A DNA stretch of 64,000 nucleotides from assembly GCA_963764885.1 (NCBI GenBank), contig CAVXUH010000007.1:749066-813065 (forward strand), given 5' to 3'. The translations under genes and the position numbers were made by a program. The notes under the pieces were generated by a model. It had not been told where the DNA came from. It made no database searches and saw only the letters and a list, made by a program, of their open reading frames with translations. Position 1 is the stretch's first letter. Each line of letters opens with the position of its first letter. This document shows, piece after piece, positions 45,868 to 55,116 of this stretch. Source of the DNA: Candidatus Aminicenantes bacterium. GTDB taxonomy: Bacteria > Acidobacteriota > Aminicenantia > Aminicenantales > UBA8522.

Positions 45868-47660
45868 TGAGACGGCCACGGCTCCGACGGCTACTCGATA
45901 CCATTCCGCCGGGCGCGCCGGCCATCGCCGCTTTCCTCCTTCTCAGCGTCTTGACCCTTTGGCCGTCGGTCCGCCGCCCGGGGAGCGTCGTAGCCGGCTG
46001 GGAGGGGGACAACCTGTTTTGCATCCGACAGATGTGGTGGATGAAGCACGCCCTCCTCGACCTTCACAGATCGCCGTTCTTCGACCCGAACTCCTATTAC
46101 CCGGCGGGTTACGATATCGCTCACGGCTCGTTCTTCCCCGCCAATACCCTCCTCGGCCTGCCCCTGACCGCGCTTTTCGGGCCGGTCGCGACCTATAACC
46201 TGATGCTCCTCCTGTCGTTTTTCCTGACGGCCGCCGGGGCCTATCTCTGGGTATCGCACCTGACCTCGAGCCGGTCCGCCGGGTTTGTCGCCGGCGTGGT
46301 CGCCGGCTGGCTGCCCTACCGGTTCGCCCACATGACGGGCCACATGCATATGATGACAACCCAGTGGATCGTGCTCAGCCTCTATGCCTTCGAGAAATTC
46401 CGGGAGAAACCCCGGCTGGGGAGGGGCCTCCTTCTGGGCCTGGCGGCCGGGCTGCTCGTCCTCTCCGACTGGTACTACGGCTATTCGGCGGCCCTCCTCC
46501 TCCCGATCTATGTCCTGATCCGGACTCGCCCCTGGCGGGGTTTCTGGAAACAGGCGGCCGTTTGGAAGGGCTTGGCCGCCGCCGGGACCCTCGGCCTGGC
46601 GGTTGTCATTCCTTTTGCCGTCCCTTATGCGCGGCTGATGGCCGGCGGGGGGCTCAGCCGGTCGATCGAGGAGATGGAATCCTGGTCGATGAACTTCTAC
46701 GCTTTCCTCGCGCCCAACCTCGTCCAGCCGCTGTGGCGCCACGTCTTCGCCCCGCTCTTCCCGCAGCAGGCTTCGTTGTGGGTCGAGCACGGCGTGACGC
46801 TCGGGTACATCGCCCTGGGCCTGGCCGTGTGCGGGTATCTCTACCGCCGCCGAAGCCCGGCCGCGGCGACCTGGGCCGCGGTCTGGATCGCCTCCTATCT
46901 CATCGCCCTCGGGCCGACCCTCCATGCCCTGGACCGACAGGTGCTGCTGCCCCTGCCGGCGGCCGCCGCGCGGAGCGTCGCCAGGATCGCGGCTCTTTTC
47001 CCCTCTCTCGAGGGCGTCCGGAATGGTATCCTCGACCGGCAGGCGATGCCCATCCCCCTGCCGTCCTTTTTCCTTTATCTGTTCGTTCCCCTGACCCGGG
47101 GCATGCGGGTGATGTCGCGTTTCGGGGTCTGGACAGGGCTGATGACGGCCGCGCTGGCCGGCCTGGGTTTCAAGGCCGTATTCGAGAAATTCCGAGGGCG
47201 GGGGGCGGGCCGCCTTCTGCAGGCAGGCTTGCTGGCCGCCGTCTCGATCCTCGTCGTCTTCGAGAGCTGGCGGGCCGTTCCCTACCTTACGGTGCGGCCG
47301 CGCAAAGTCGACCTATGGTTGGCCAATCAGCCTGCGAACACGGTCATAGTCGAGCTCCCGGTCGAGCAGGCGCTGAGGCCGTTCCAGGATTATTACCAGA
47401 CCGTTCACCAGCGGGCGACGGTGTTCGGGCCGGTGAGCGATTCGTTTTTTCCCGAGGAGCGGCTGGAACGATCAAGGCTCTTGCAGGATTTCCCCTCGCC
47501 GCCGGGCATCGCGGCGATGCGGTCGTGGGGGGTGACCTATGTCCTCTTTACGCCTTCGCGGATCCCGGATTGGTCCCGGCTCCGGGCCCGGCTCGAGGCC
47601 AGTCCCGGTCTCCGGCTGCGCAAAGTTGCCCGTGGCGTCTGGGTTTACAGGCTCGAATGA
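45864..47660 (+). CDS. Polytopic membrane protein, GT-C/YfhO-like
   Basis: More than 10 TM helices, EGDN in the first loop, MRVMSRF and a C-terminal ELP..GVTYV domain; ATG overlaps the previous stop. Confidence 0.7.
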   Translation: MMRRPRLRRLLDTIPPGAPAIAAFLLLSVLTLWPSVRRPGSVVAGWEGDNLFCIRQMWWMKHALLDLHRSPFFDPNSYYPAGYDIAHGSFFPANTLLGLPLTALFGPVATYNLMLLLSFFLTAAGAYLWVSHLTSSRSAGFVAGVVAGWLPYRFAHMTGHMHMMTTQWIVLSLYAFEKFREKPRLGRGLLLGLAAGLLVLSDWYYGYSAALLLPIYVLIRTRPWRGFWKQAAVWKGLAAAGTLGLAVVIPFAVPYARLMAGGGLSRSIEEMESWSMNFYAFLAPNLVQPLWRHVFAPLFPQQASLWVEHGVTLGYIALGLAVCGYLYRRRSPAAATWAAVWIASYLIALGPTLHALDRQVLLPLPAAAARSVARIAALFPSLEGVRNGILDRQAMPIPLPSFFLYLFVPLTRGMRVMSRFGVWTGLMTAALAGLGFKAVFEKFRGRGAGRLLQAGLLAAVSILVVFESWRAVPYLTVRPRKVDLWLANQPANTVIVELPVEQALRPFQDYYQTVHQRATVFGPVSDSFFPEERLERSRLLQDFPSPPGIAAMRSWGVTYVLFTPSRIPDWSRLRARLEASPGLRLRKVARGVWVYRLE

Positions 47661-47725
47661 CCCCCGCGGCGGCGCGTCTTCATTGATCGTATCAACGTCA
47701 AGATACTTGCGAGACACACCACTAG
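47661..47725. repeat. Partial (right-end) copy C of the CTAG-bounded repeat
   Basis: CCCCCGCGGCGGCGCGTCTT...GAGACACACCACTAG matches the last hairpin of copies A and B. Confidence 0.7.
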
Positions 47726-50700
47726 CGCTTTCTGGCCTCCGGGTCGGTCCTCGAGCGTCTTTCGAAGTTCCCGGGGACGATCTCGACGGTGACCCTGGCC
47801 GGCCGGCTCATCGTCGTTCCGTCGGTGGCGGCGAAATGGAGGACATGGCGGCCCAGAAAGCCGGGCGCCGGCGTCCAATAGAAGATACCCTTTTCCCGGT
47901 CGAGCGTCGACCCGATGGGAAGCTCCCTGGTCTTGTCCTTGCCCCAGCCGATGAATTGGGTCCCGCCCTTTGCCTTGAGGCTGACCTTGAGGCTGCCCAG
48001 CTCCTCGACGACGATCAGGTCCGGGCCGTCGATCTCGACGCTCAGGCGGCCGCCCGGGTCCTCCCTGTACCGCAGGGGTTCCACGCCCGGCAGCGCCGCG
48101 GTCCCGCCGAAATTCTCGACCTCGAAGAAGCGCGACCCCATGCCGTCGGAGTTCCCGACGTTATCGGTGATCAGCCAGCCGATGATATGAGTGCCGTTGG
48201 CGTACTGGGTCGTATCGAGGTTGAAATAGCCGACGGCCCCGCCGCTGTTCAGATAGCTGGGGAAGCCGGTGGCGATATCGCTCCTGTAAAGGTTATAGAC
48301 CGGGTGCCCGATGAGGACGCTGTCCACCCCGACCCAGATCGTGGACCCGTTTGTCGGGATGACGTTGGGGAGCGGGGTCAGGGCCCAGCCGAAATTGACG
48401 AAGGCCGTGCCGGAAGCGACCCCTCCCTGGGCGGGCGTGTCGATGTTGCCGAACGGTTTCGTCCGGCCGGCGTTGTTGCCGTAGATCAGCTTGGTGCCCA
48501 GCACGGTCTTGTTGCCGTTGAGGTCCTCGGCGACAGCGTAGAGCGTGAACGCGCCGTTGCCCTCCCTGGGGAGCCCGTAAGTCAGGAGCATGTATCCCCA
48601 GCCCGCCCGGTCGCCCATCGGGTAACCCGGGTAGAGGGCTTCGATATCGGGCCGCGCGCCCTTGACGGCGACCGCCTCACCGATGAAGACGAGCCCGTCG
48701 GCGCCGATGGCCGCGCCCGGGTCGGCGGCGTCGGGCGCCCTCTTGATATCGACCTTCCTGACTCCGATTGTGTCCAGGGCCCAGCCGGAGACGGAGATGC
48801 TGCCCGAAACCGCCGAGCCGTTAGCCGGGGTATCGAAGGCGCCGATAGGAGGAGGGTCGTAACCTGCCGCATAAACCGTGAGGTTCACGGCGATAAATTG
48901 CGGCGAGTTGAGGGCGTTAGGGTCGGTAACGCGGACTTGCCCCTGAAAGGTCCCGGGATAGAGGCCGGCGGTGTTGATGCCGACCGTGAATTTCCCGTTG
49001 CCCGTGCCTGACGCCGGGCTGACCGAGATCCATGTCTGGAGGGGCGCGGCCTGCCAGTTCAGGGTTCCGGTGCCCTTGTTGGAAACGAGGACCGCCTCGG
49101 GGCTGGTCGTCGGCCCGCTCTGCTGAGAGCCGAAGGTCAGGACCGGCTTGGAGAGGTTGAGCTCCGGGGCGCCGGTAAAGTGATTGATGACGATCGGCCC
49201 CCGGGCGTAGGCGCGGTTCTGGTTGATACCGTCGCTGATGACGCCATAGAGCCAGTACTTGCCTTGCGGTACCGCCGAGGTGTTCCAGACGTAGCTCACC
49301 TGCCCGGACGGCGACGGGATGCCCGAGGCGATCAGGGTGCCGCTGTAGCCCGTGTTGGCGCTGTCATAATATAAGGATACGGTCGGCGCGCCGTCGGCGT
49401 CGGCGCTCCTCCAGACGATGGTGGCCGACTGGTTGGCGGTGACGTCGGCGGTCAGCCTGATGTCGTCGAAGAAGAAGGCCCGGGCGTCCGTGAATTCGTA
49501 GGGGTCCACCCGGAAAGAATCCAGCTCCCCGTTCCAGCCCGAATGCGAGGGGCTGCCGGCGCCGGGCTCGATCGGCAGCGTCCTCATGTCGCAGACGATC
49601 TTGTCCATGACCCAGCCCGTCGGGAGGTGGTGGATGATGATGTCCTCGCTGACGTTCTCCACGACCTCGTTCTTGTTCCTCCAGATGACCCGGGCGATCG
49701 ACCCGTCGTTGACGCTGGGCGCACCGGCGATCCCCATCTTTATCACCAGGTTATGGTACCGGCTCGTGTCGATGCGGTACGTCTTTCCCCGGTAAAGGAA
49801 ATGGAGAAAGAAGGCGATCGGGTCCCCCGACCCGGGCGGCGCCTGGGCGAGGAAGACGGACTGATTGTTATAGGCTCTCCCCGCAGTGTCCTGGTAGGAA
49901 AGCGTCGTGAATTGCGGGTTGACGATGTTGACGGTGTAGTCGATGTCGGCGGCGCCGTTCATGTCCCAGGGGTCGCCGGCGTTCATGGTTATGAAATCCT
50001 GGTCGCTGCCCTCATCCGACGGACTGGAGAAGTTGAGAACAGGCGCGTCGTTGACGTGATAGTAGCCCACGGCGTAGGAAAGATTCGCGGTGCCGGCGGG
50101 GGCGACGGCGACATAATAGTCGCCCGGCGCCAGGGCCCCGGCCAGGAAGGTGTAGCTTGACCCGGTGACGCCCTGGGCGATCATCCCCAGATGACCGTTG
50201 GCGGCGTTCCTGTCGGTGTCGAGGTAGATGTCCGCGCCCCCCGCCGCGCCCGACCAGCTGATCGTTCGGGCGGCGGCCGCGTCGTACTGGACGACGCGGA
50301 TCCAGTCGATCTGGATCGTCCTGTTGCTCTTGAAGATCGGATCGAACCGCAGGGAATCGACCAGGCCGCTCCAGGTGTTCGTGCCCGCGGCCAGCCCCAG
50401 GGAGGGGATGTCGACGATGTAGATGAACCAGTCGTCATGGACGTCAAAGACGTTCGAAGCGGAACTCCCGTTATAGATTGTATCCTTCGACCAGAAGAGC
50501 TGGCCCGTCTTGCCGGCGGAGCCGGGGCTCAGGTACATCCGGAGCGCCAGCCGCGTGTACTGGGAGGCGTTGATCGGGAAGTTTTTCCCGACCTTGCCCA
50601 GTCCCGCCGAATAGAGGTAGGCCGAATCCAGGATGGAGATGTTGGTGTCGGAGTAATCGGCCGCGCCGCCGGGCGTAAAGACCGTTTGTGCCGAGAAGAG

Positions 50701-50946
50701 GCCGTTCTGGAAGCTGATGTTGGAAAGGTAGGACTGGGGCAGCTCGACGGTGTTGAAGATCCGCCAGCCGAGGTCCGTCCTCTCGTTCATGTCCCAGCGG
50801 TCGAGCAGGACCTCGTCCGCGTAATCGGAGCAGGCCTTGAGGGCGTCCCGGCTCGCGGGGGAGCTGACCGAGATCTGGGATAGGGCGAAAGCCGCCGTGG
50901 CGATAGAGACAACGATAAAAATGCCGACCTTTCTTATGAGCTGCAT
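47722..50946 (-). CDS. Large secreted surface protein (signal peptide, two repeated beta-sandwich modules, BACON-like and Ig-like domains)
   Basis: AFALSQ signal cleavage; repeated WDMN and S(L/F)R(F/V)DP motifs; NKGTGTLNW..WISVSPASGTG BACON-like segment; two P(I/F)GxxDTP..GWAL repeats. Confidence 0.8.
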   Translation of the reverse strand: MQLIRKVGIFIVVSIATAAFALSQISVSSPASRDALKACSDYADEVLLDRWDMNERTDLGWRIFNTVELPQSYLSNISFQNGLFSAQTVFTPGGAADYSDTNISILDSAYLYSAGLGKVGKNFPINASQYTRLALRMYLSPGSAGKTGQLFWSKDTIYNGSSASNVFDVHDDWFIYIVDIPSLGLAAGTNTWSGLVDSLRFDPIFKSNRTIQIDWIRVVQYDAAAARTISWSGAAGGADIYLDTDRNAANGHLGMIAQGVTGSSYTFLAGALAPGDYYVAVAPAGTANLSYAVGYYHVNDAPVLNFSSPSDEGSDQDFITMNAGDPWDMNGAADIDYTVNIVNPQFTTLSYQDTAGRAYNNQSVFLAQAPPGSGDPIAFFLHFLYRGKTYRIDTSRYHNLVIKMGIAGAPSVNDGSIARVIWRNKNEVVENVSEDIIIHHLPTGWVMDKIVCDMRTLPIEPGAGSPSHSGWNGELDSFRVDPYEFTDARAFFFDDIRLTADVTANQSATIVWRSADADGAPTVSLYYDSANTGYSGTLIASGIPSPSGQVSYVWNTSAVPQGKYWLYGVISDGINQNRAYARGPIVINHFTGAPELNLSKPVLTFGSQQSGPTTSPEAVLVSNKGTGTLNWQAAPLQTWISVSPASGTGNGKFTVGINTAGLYPGTFQGQVRVTDPNALNSPQFIAVNLTVYAAGYDPPPIGAFDTPANGSAVSGSISVSGWALDTIGVRKVDIKRAPDAADPGAAIGADGLVFIGEAVAVKGARPDIEALYPGYPMGDRAGWGYMLLTYGLPREGNGAFTLYAVAEDLNGNKTVLGTKLIYGNNAGRTKPFGNIDTPAQGGVASGTAFVNFGWALTPLPNVIPTNGSTIWVGVDSVLIGHPVYNLYRSDIATGFPSYLNSGGAVGYFNLDTTQYANGTHIIGWLITDNVGNSDGMGSRFFEVENFGGTAALPGVEPLRYREDPGGRLSVEIDGPDLIVVEELGSLKVSLKAKGGTQFIGWGKDKTRELPIGSTLDREKGIFYWTPAPGFLGRHVLHFAATDGTTMSRPARVTVEIVPGNFERRSRTDPEARKR

Positions 50947-51032
50947 TCGGACCTCCCCCAGCGGGGTCTACAACCAGGATATCTGGGTACGCTGATAAGG
51001 TAAAGGGGAGGGACCGTGAAGTAAATCACCTC

Positions 51033-52419
51033 TCAGGGTGATTCGGGGGATGAGAGCCGGGCCATCTCCCACCTGTAATACTCGAAGAAAACGGCGGCGT
51101 CCAGGCGGGGGGACTGGAATTCATCCAGGGCGCTGAAGAATTCGGGGCTCTTCCGGAGGAAGTCCGCGGTCCCGCTCCCCGGCGCTTTCGTGTTCAGGAT
51201 TTCGCGCCTCTGGAGAAGGATCGAGGGCAGGCCGGCGAGGAGCGCGGCGTAGGCCCTGGGATAGACGACAGCCATGGTGAATTCTTTCCTCCGGAGATGC
51301 GCCAGGCAGGCTTTGATGTCTTCCTTGACGTAGGCCCGCAGGAACGCGCCCCGCGGCTTGCCCTCGAAAAGCTTCAGGACCAGGCGGAGCCTGTTGCGGA
51401 CGACGTGGACCTGCTTTCGCGCCTGCGTCTTCCAGAACGCCCCGAACTTGTGATAGATGACCGCGCCCGGCTCGGGGACCACCCGCCAGCCGCGAAGCCG
51501 GCTCCGGAAGCACCAGTCCATATCTTCATAGTAGGCGACGTACGCCGGGTCGAGTCCGCCCGTTTCCCGGACAGCTTCGCGACGGAGCATGACGGCCCCG
51601 AAGCAGGCCGAGGGCACCTCGTCCAGGCCGGCGAACTGTCCGATATCCACGCAGCCGATGAAGTTGTCGCTCCCCCAGCCCCGGTCGCGGACGTGGTTCC
51701 CCAGGCCGTTGACGAAGCCCCTGAGGTGGTGGAATTTCATCAGCGGCGCGGCCGCCCCGGCCCGGGGATCGCTCTCCAGTTTCGCGCGGAGCCGCCGGAG
51801 GCCATCGGCGTCGAGCTCCGTGTCGTCGTTGAGGACCATGAGGAACCGGCCCCGGGCCTCGGCCAGGCCGAGATTGACGGCGCCCGGGAAGAAGATATTC
51901 TTCTTCAAAGAGATGACGCCGGACACCGGGGAACTCGCTCCCGATGATCGAGGCCGTCCGGTCGGTCGAGGCGTTGTCGACGACCAGAACTTCGAGCGGC
52001 GGCGCGGTCTGGGCGGCCAGGGATCCGAGACAGCCGCGGATGTGCTCCTCGCCGTTCCGGGTGATGACGATGACCGAGACCGTCTCTCCGGCCGGGCCCG
52101 CCGCCCCGCTCCCGGGTCCTGCCGCCGGGGAGAGCGACGCGCCGGCCGGTCGTTCTTCGGCTGACCGGATGACCTCCGCCCGCAGAAGAAGATAGAGGAA
52201 CCGGCGGACCAGGCCCGGAGAGATGTTCCAGCCTCCGCGCACGCGGGCTTCGACTTCGGCGGCGGTTCCGGGCAGGCTCTCCCAGATGATCTTTCCCAGC
52301 CGGTCGGTGCGGACCTCGCGCCCGCTGCTGTGCGCCAGGAAAAAATCACCGTCCCTTGCGCTCAGCGCGAAATCAGGGTGCGGGGACAGCACGTCTTTTT
52401 CGCCGAACCACATCTTCAT
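51033..52419 (-). CDS. PqqD-like domain plus GT2 glycosyltransferase, split by an apparent +1 frameshift near 51920
   Basis: 5' frame reads MKMWF...VSVIVITRNG..VVDNASTD..EFPGVR; 3' frame continues VISLKKN..AVNLG..LNDD..YYEDMDW. Removing one base at GTCCGGCGTC fuses the two. Confidence 0.75.
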
Positions 52420-53629
52420 AGAGCCTTTCCCAGAGAGGGAGGACCTTCTCCCAGGAATACTTGTCGAGCGTTTTCCGCCGGCCGGCCCGGCCCATGTCCA
52501 GCCGGACGTCCCTGTTGCCGAGGAGCTCGAGGATGGCCCCGGCCAGCTCGCGGGGGTTTCCGAATTCGACCAGCAGCCCGTCGCGAAACTCGTCGATGAT
52601 CTTCGAGGAGCCGCCCCGGCGGCAGCCGATGACCGGGAGATTTTCCCGCCAGGCCTCGAGAAAGACGATGCCGAAGGATTCCATGAAGGAGACCGAGACA
52701 AAGACGTCGGCCCGGCCGAGGAGCGCCCGCTTGGCGTCCTCGGGGAAATCCTTGATGAGCTCGACCCGGTCCCGCTGCGGCGGCGGGAGCGTCCGGATCT
52801 TCCGCTCGATTTCGGGGGTGTGGGCCGTCGGGTTGCCGGCGATGACGAGCGAGGCGCCGGGCCTCTCGGTCCAGACGGATTCCATGGCCCGGATGAGGTG
52901 GAGGATGCCCTTGTGCAGTCCGTGCTGGCCGATGAACATCACCGTCCCGTCTTCCCGGGCGCCGGCTGCGTCCGTCCGCGCGGCGGGGGGGGCGGCCTCG
53001 TCCACATCGATGCCCACGCCGATCGTGTGGAGATTCTCCAGGGGCACGCCGGCGACGCGATGGAGATAGTCCCGCTCCCAATCCGTGAGAGTGATAACCG
53101 CCTCCGCCTCCCTGAGCCAACGGAAATAGAGGGGATTATGGAAGGTGAACCGGTCCTCGGTATGGAAACAGGGGACGATGACGAGCGGCAGGCCCTTCCT
53201 CAAGGCGGCGCGCCGGGCGTAGCCGACGTTCATCGTCGGCAGCGGGCAGGCGACGATGAGGTCGGCCTCGACGGCCAGGGCTTCGCGATAGTAGCGGCGG
53301 CTCCTCGGCCCCCAGGACAGCATCCGGAGCCGGTCGCCGAGCGGAACGCCGAAGCGGTTCGAGATCCCGCGGAGCGCATTCAGGACGCGCACCCCCTTCC
53401 GGCTGAAGGGAACGCGCCGGACGCGGACGCCGCCGATGCGCTCGTCGCCCGCGGGCATCAGGCGCTTGCCCCTTCCCGGGAGCACGTAATCCTCGACGGA
53501 ATAGGCGTTGCTGGCGATGACCGTGATCTCGTGGCCCCTCGCGGCCAGCCGTTCGGAGACGTTCTTCATCAGCCATTCCGCCCCGCCCCTGGCCGGATGG
53601 TAGTTGTGAAGGCAGTGGAGGACCCTCAT
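52373..53629 (-). CDS. GT4 glycosyltransferase
   Basis: GGAE, HKG and ESFGIVFLEAW motifs; ATG 53629 overlaps the upstream stop. Confidence 0.9.
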   Translation of the reverse strand: MRVLHCLHNYHPARGGAEWLMKNVSERLAARGHEITVIASNAYSVEDYVLPGRGKRLMPAGDERIGGVRVRRVPFSRKGVRVLNALRGISNRFGVPLGDRLRMLSWGPRSRRYYREALAVEADLIVACPLPTMNVGYARRAALRKGLPLVIVPCFHTEDRFTFHNPLYFRWLREAEAVITLTDWERDYLHRVAGVPLENLHTIGVGIDVDEAAPPAARTDAAGAREDGTVMFIGQHGLHKGILHLIRAMESVWTERPGASLVIAGNPTAHTPEIERKIRTLPPPQRDRVELIKDFPEDAKRALLGRADVFVSVSFMESFGIVFLEAWRENLPVIGCRRGGSSKIIDEFRDGLLVEFGNPRELAGAILELLGNRDVRLDMGRAGRRKTLDKYSWEKVLPLWERLYEDVVRRKRRAVPAP

Positions 53630-55116
53630 GCTCGTTTGAACACGGTGTGGGGCAGGGTCGTCCAGCGAGGCGGGTCGGCGGCGGCGCCCGCCTGCGCCTT
53701 CTCCCAAAAGAAAATGTTCCTTCGGCTGAGCCGGCCGCCGCCGAGCTTCCGGTCGAGGAGGGCCTCTTTCCTGAAGAACAGGCACTCGCTGTAGATCCAG
53801 CGGAACGGGACCCCCGCCCCCCGGGGCAGCCGCCGGGGGAGCCTGCCGGCCAGGATCGTCGACAGGGACTTCCGTGGGCCGTGCCAGGCCGGCGAGAAAT
53901 ATCTCTTGAAGGCGGTGCGCGGGGCGACAAGCTGGGTCCCCGGATCATTTTTCACGGCGTCGTAAAATATCTGCGCCGAATCGAGGGGGAGGAGGATGCT
54001 GTCCGAGAGAAGAAGGATATGATCTCCGCTCGCGCGGGAGGCGAGCTTGAGGAGGCCCTGCGCGGCAGGTTCGCTCCGGCCGGAGACGACGTAACGCACC
54101 CGGGGAAACTGAGAGCGGAGCATTTCCTCCCGGGCCGGGTCGGGCCCGAAGGCCCAAACGAGGACCTCGAGCTCGATCTCGACTTTCTGGGTCAGAACGT
54201 GATTCAGGCATTCCGCCAGGCGGTTCCCCCGGCCCGCGCAGACGATGACGGCCGTAACGCGGCCGGTGTCGAAAAAGGCGGTCATCTCCCGGCTGAGCTC
54301 CCGCGCCTCGGTTTCGCCGAATTCCAGGGCCGGCTCGAGCAGCCGGGCCTTGATCCCGGCGATGCCTCTCGCGAGCTCCCCGGGCGAGATGTCGTTCGAA
54401 GAGACCCAGTAGCGGCGGGTAAAGGGCGGCGCGAACTCGGGACCCGGACCGGCCGCCGTCATCCACCTGTCGAGAAGGCCCAGGACGGCCGGGCTGTTCC
54501 GCCGGAAAAGAAAAATGTTTTCGATCGTCTGGAGGAGAAGCCAGCGGGTGAGGGAGCCGTAGGAAAAATCGGCGCTCGCCGGGAAGCTCCGGGCCAGCAG
54601 GCCGCGCACCTCCTCGACCGCCGGCAGGCCGCGCCGCCCGTGTTCCTTGAGCTGCTCGTGCTCGACGCCGTGGCGGTCCTTGATCTGACGGAAAAGGAGG
54701 CGCTCGACCCGCTCGATCTCGGGGTCGCGGAAGGGCGCCGAGAGAAGGAGCGACCCGCGCGCCACCCGGCCGAGCTCCCGCAGGAATTCCGGCCGCGCCT
54801 CGGGCGGGACATGCTCCAGCGTGTCGAGCGAGGCGACGACGTCGAAGCTCTTGTCTTTGAAGGGGAGCCGGGCGCCGTCTCCCTGGATGAAGCCCCGCTC
54901 CCGGGCGGGTTGAAGATCGAGGATGAAGCCACTCCCGGGGACGAGGCGCTTCAGCGGGAGCCAGAGCGACCGGCCGTCCCTCGCCGGCGATACGCCGCCG
55001 ACATCGAGGACCGTGACCTCCTTCCGCGGGTAGAGAGACTCGAGGAGCGCTTCAAGGACCCGGTAGCGCTGGAACTGGTCGTACGTCCAGGGAAAATCCT
55101 CCGTCCAGGTCCTCAT
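53626..55116 (-). CDS. Methyltransferase fused to a degenerate GT2-like domain (possible glycan chain terminator)
   Basis: DQFQRY, VLDVGG, GDGARLPF and DTLEHVP methyltransferase motifs; C-terminal VTAVIV..ILLLSD GT-A-like region. Confidence 0.75.
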   Translation of the reverse strand: MRTWTEDFPWTYDQFQRYRVLEALLESLYPRKEVTVLDVGGVSPARDGRSLWLPLKRLVPGSGFILDLQPARERGFIQGDGARLPFKDKSFDVVASLDTLEHVPPEARPEFLRELGRVARGSLLLSAPFRDPEIERVERLLFRQIKDRHGVEHEQLKEHGRRGLPAVEEVRGLLARSFPASADFSYGSLTRWLLLQTIENIFLFRRNSPAVLGLLDRWMTAAGPGPEFAPPFTRRYWVSSNDISPGELARGIAGIKARLLEPALEFGETEARELSREMTAFFDTGRVTAVIVCAGRGNRLAECLNHVLTQKVEIELEVLVWAFGPDPAREEMLRSQFPRVRYVVSGRSEPAAQGLLKLASRASGDHILLLSDSILLPLDSAQIFYDAVKNDPGTQLVAPRTAFKRYFSPAWHGPRKSLSTILAGRLPRRLPRGAGVPFRWIYSECLFFRKEALLDRKLGGGRLSRRNIFFWEKAQAGAAADPPRWTTLPHTVFKRA

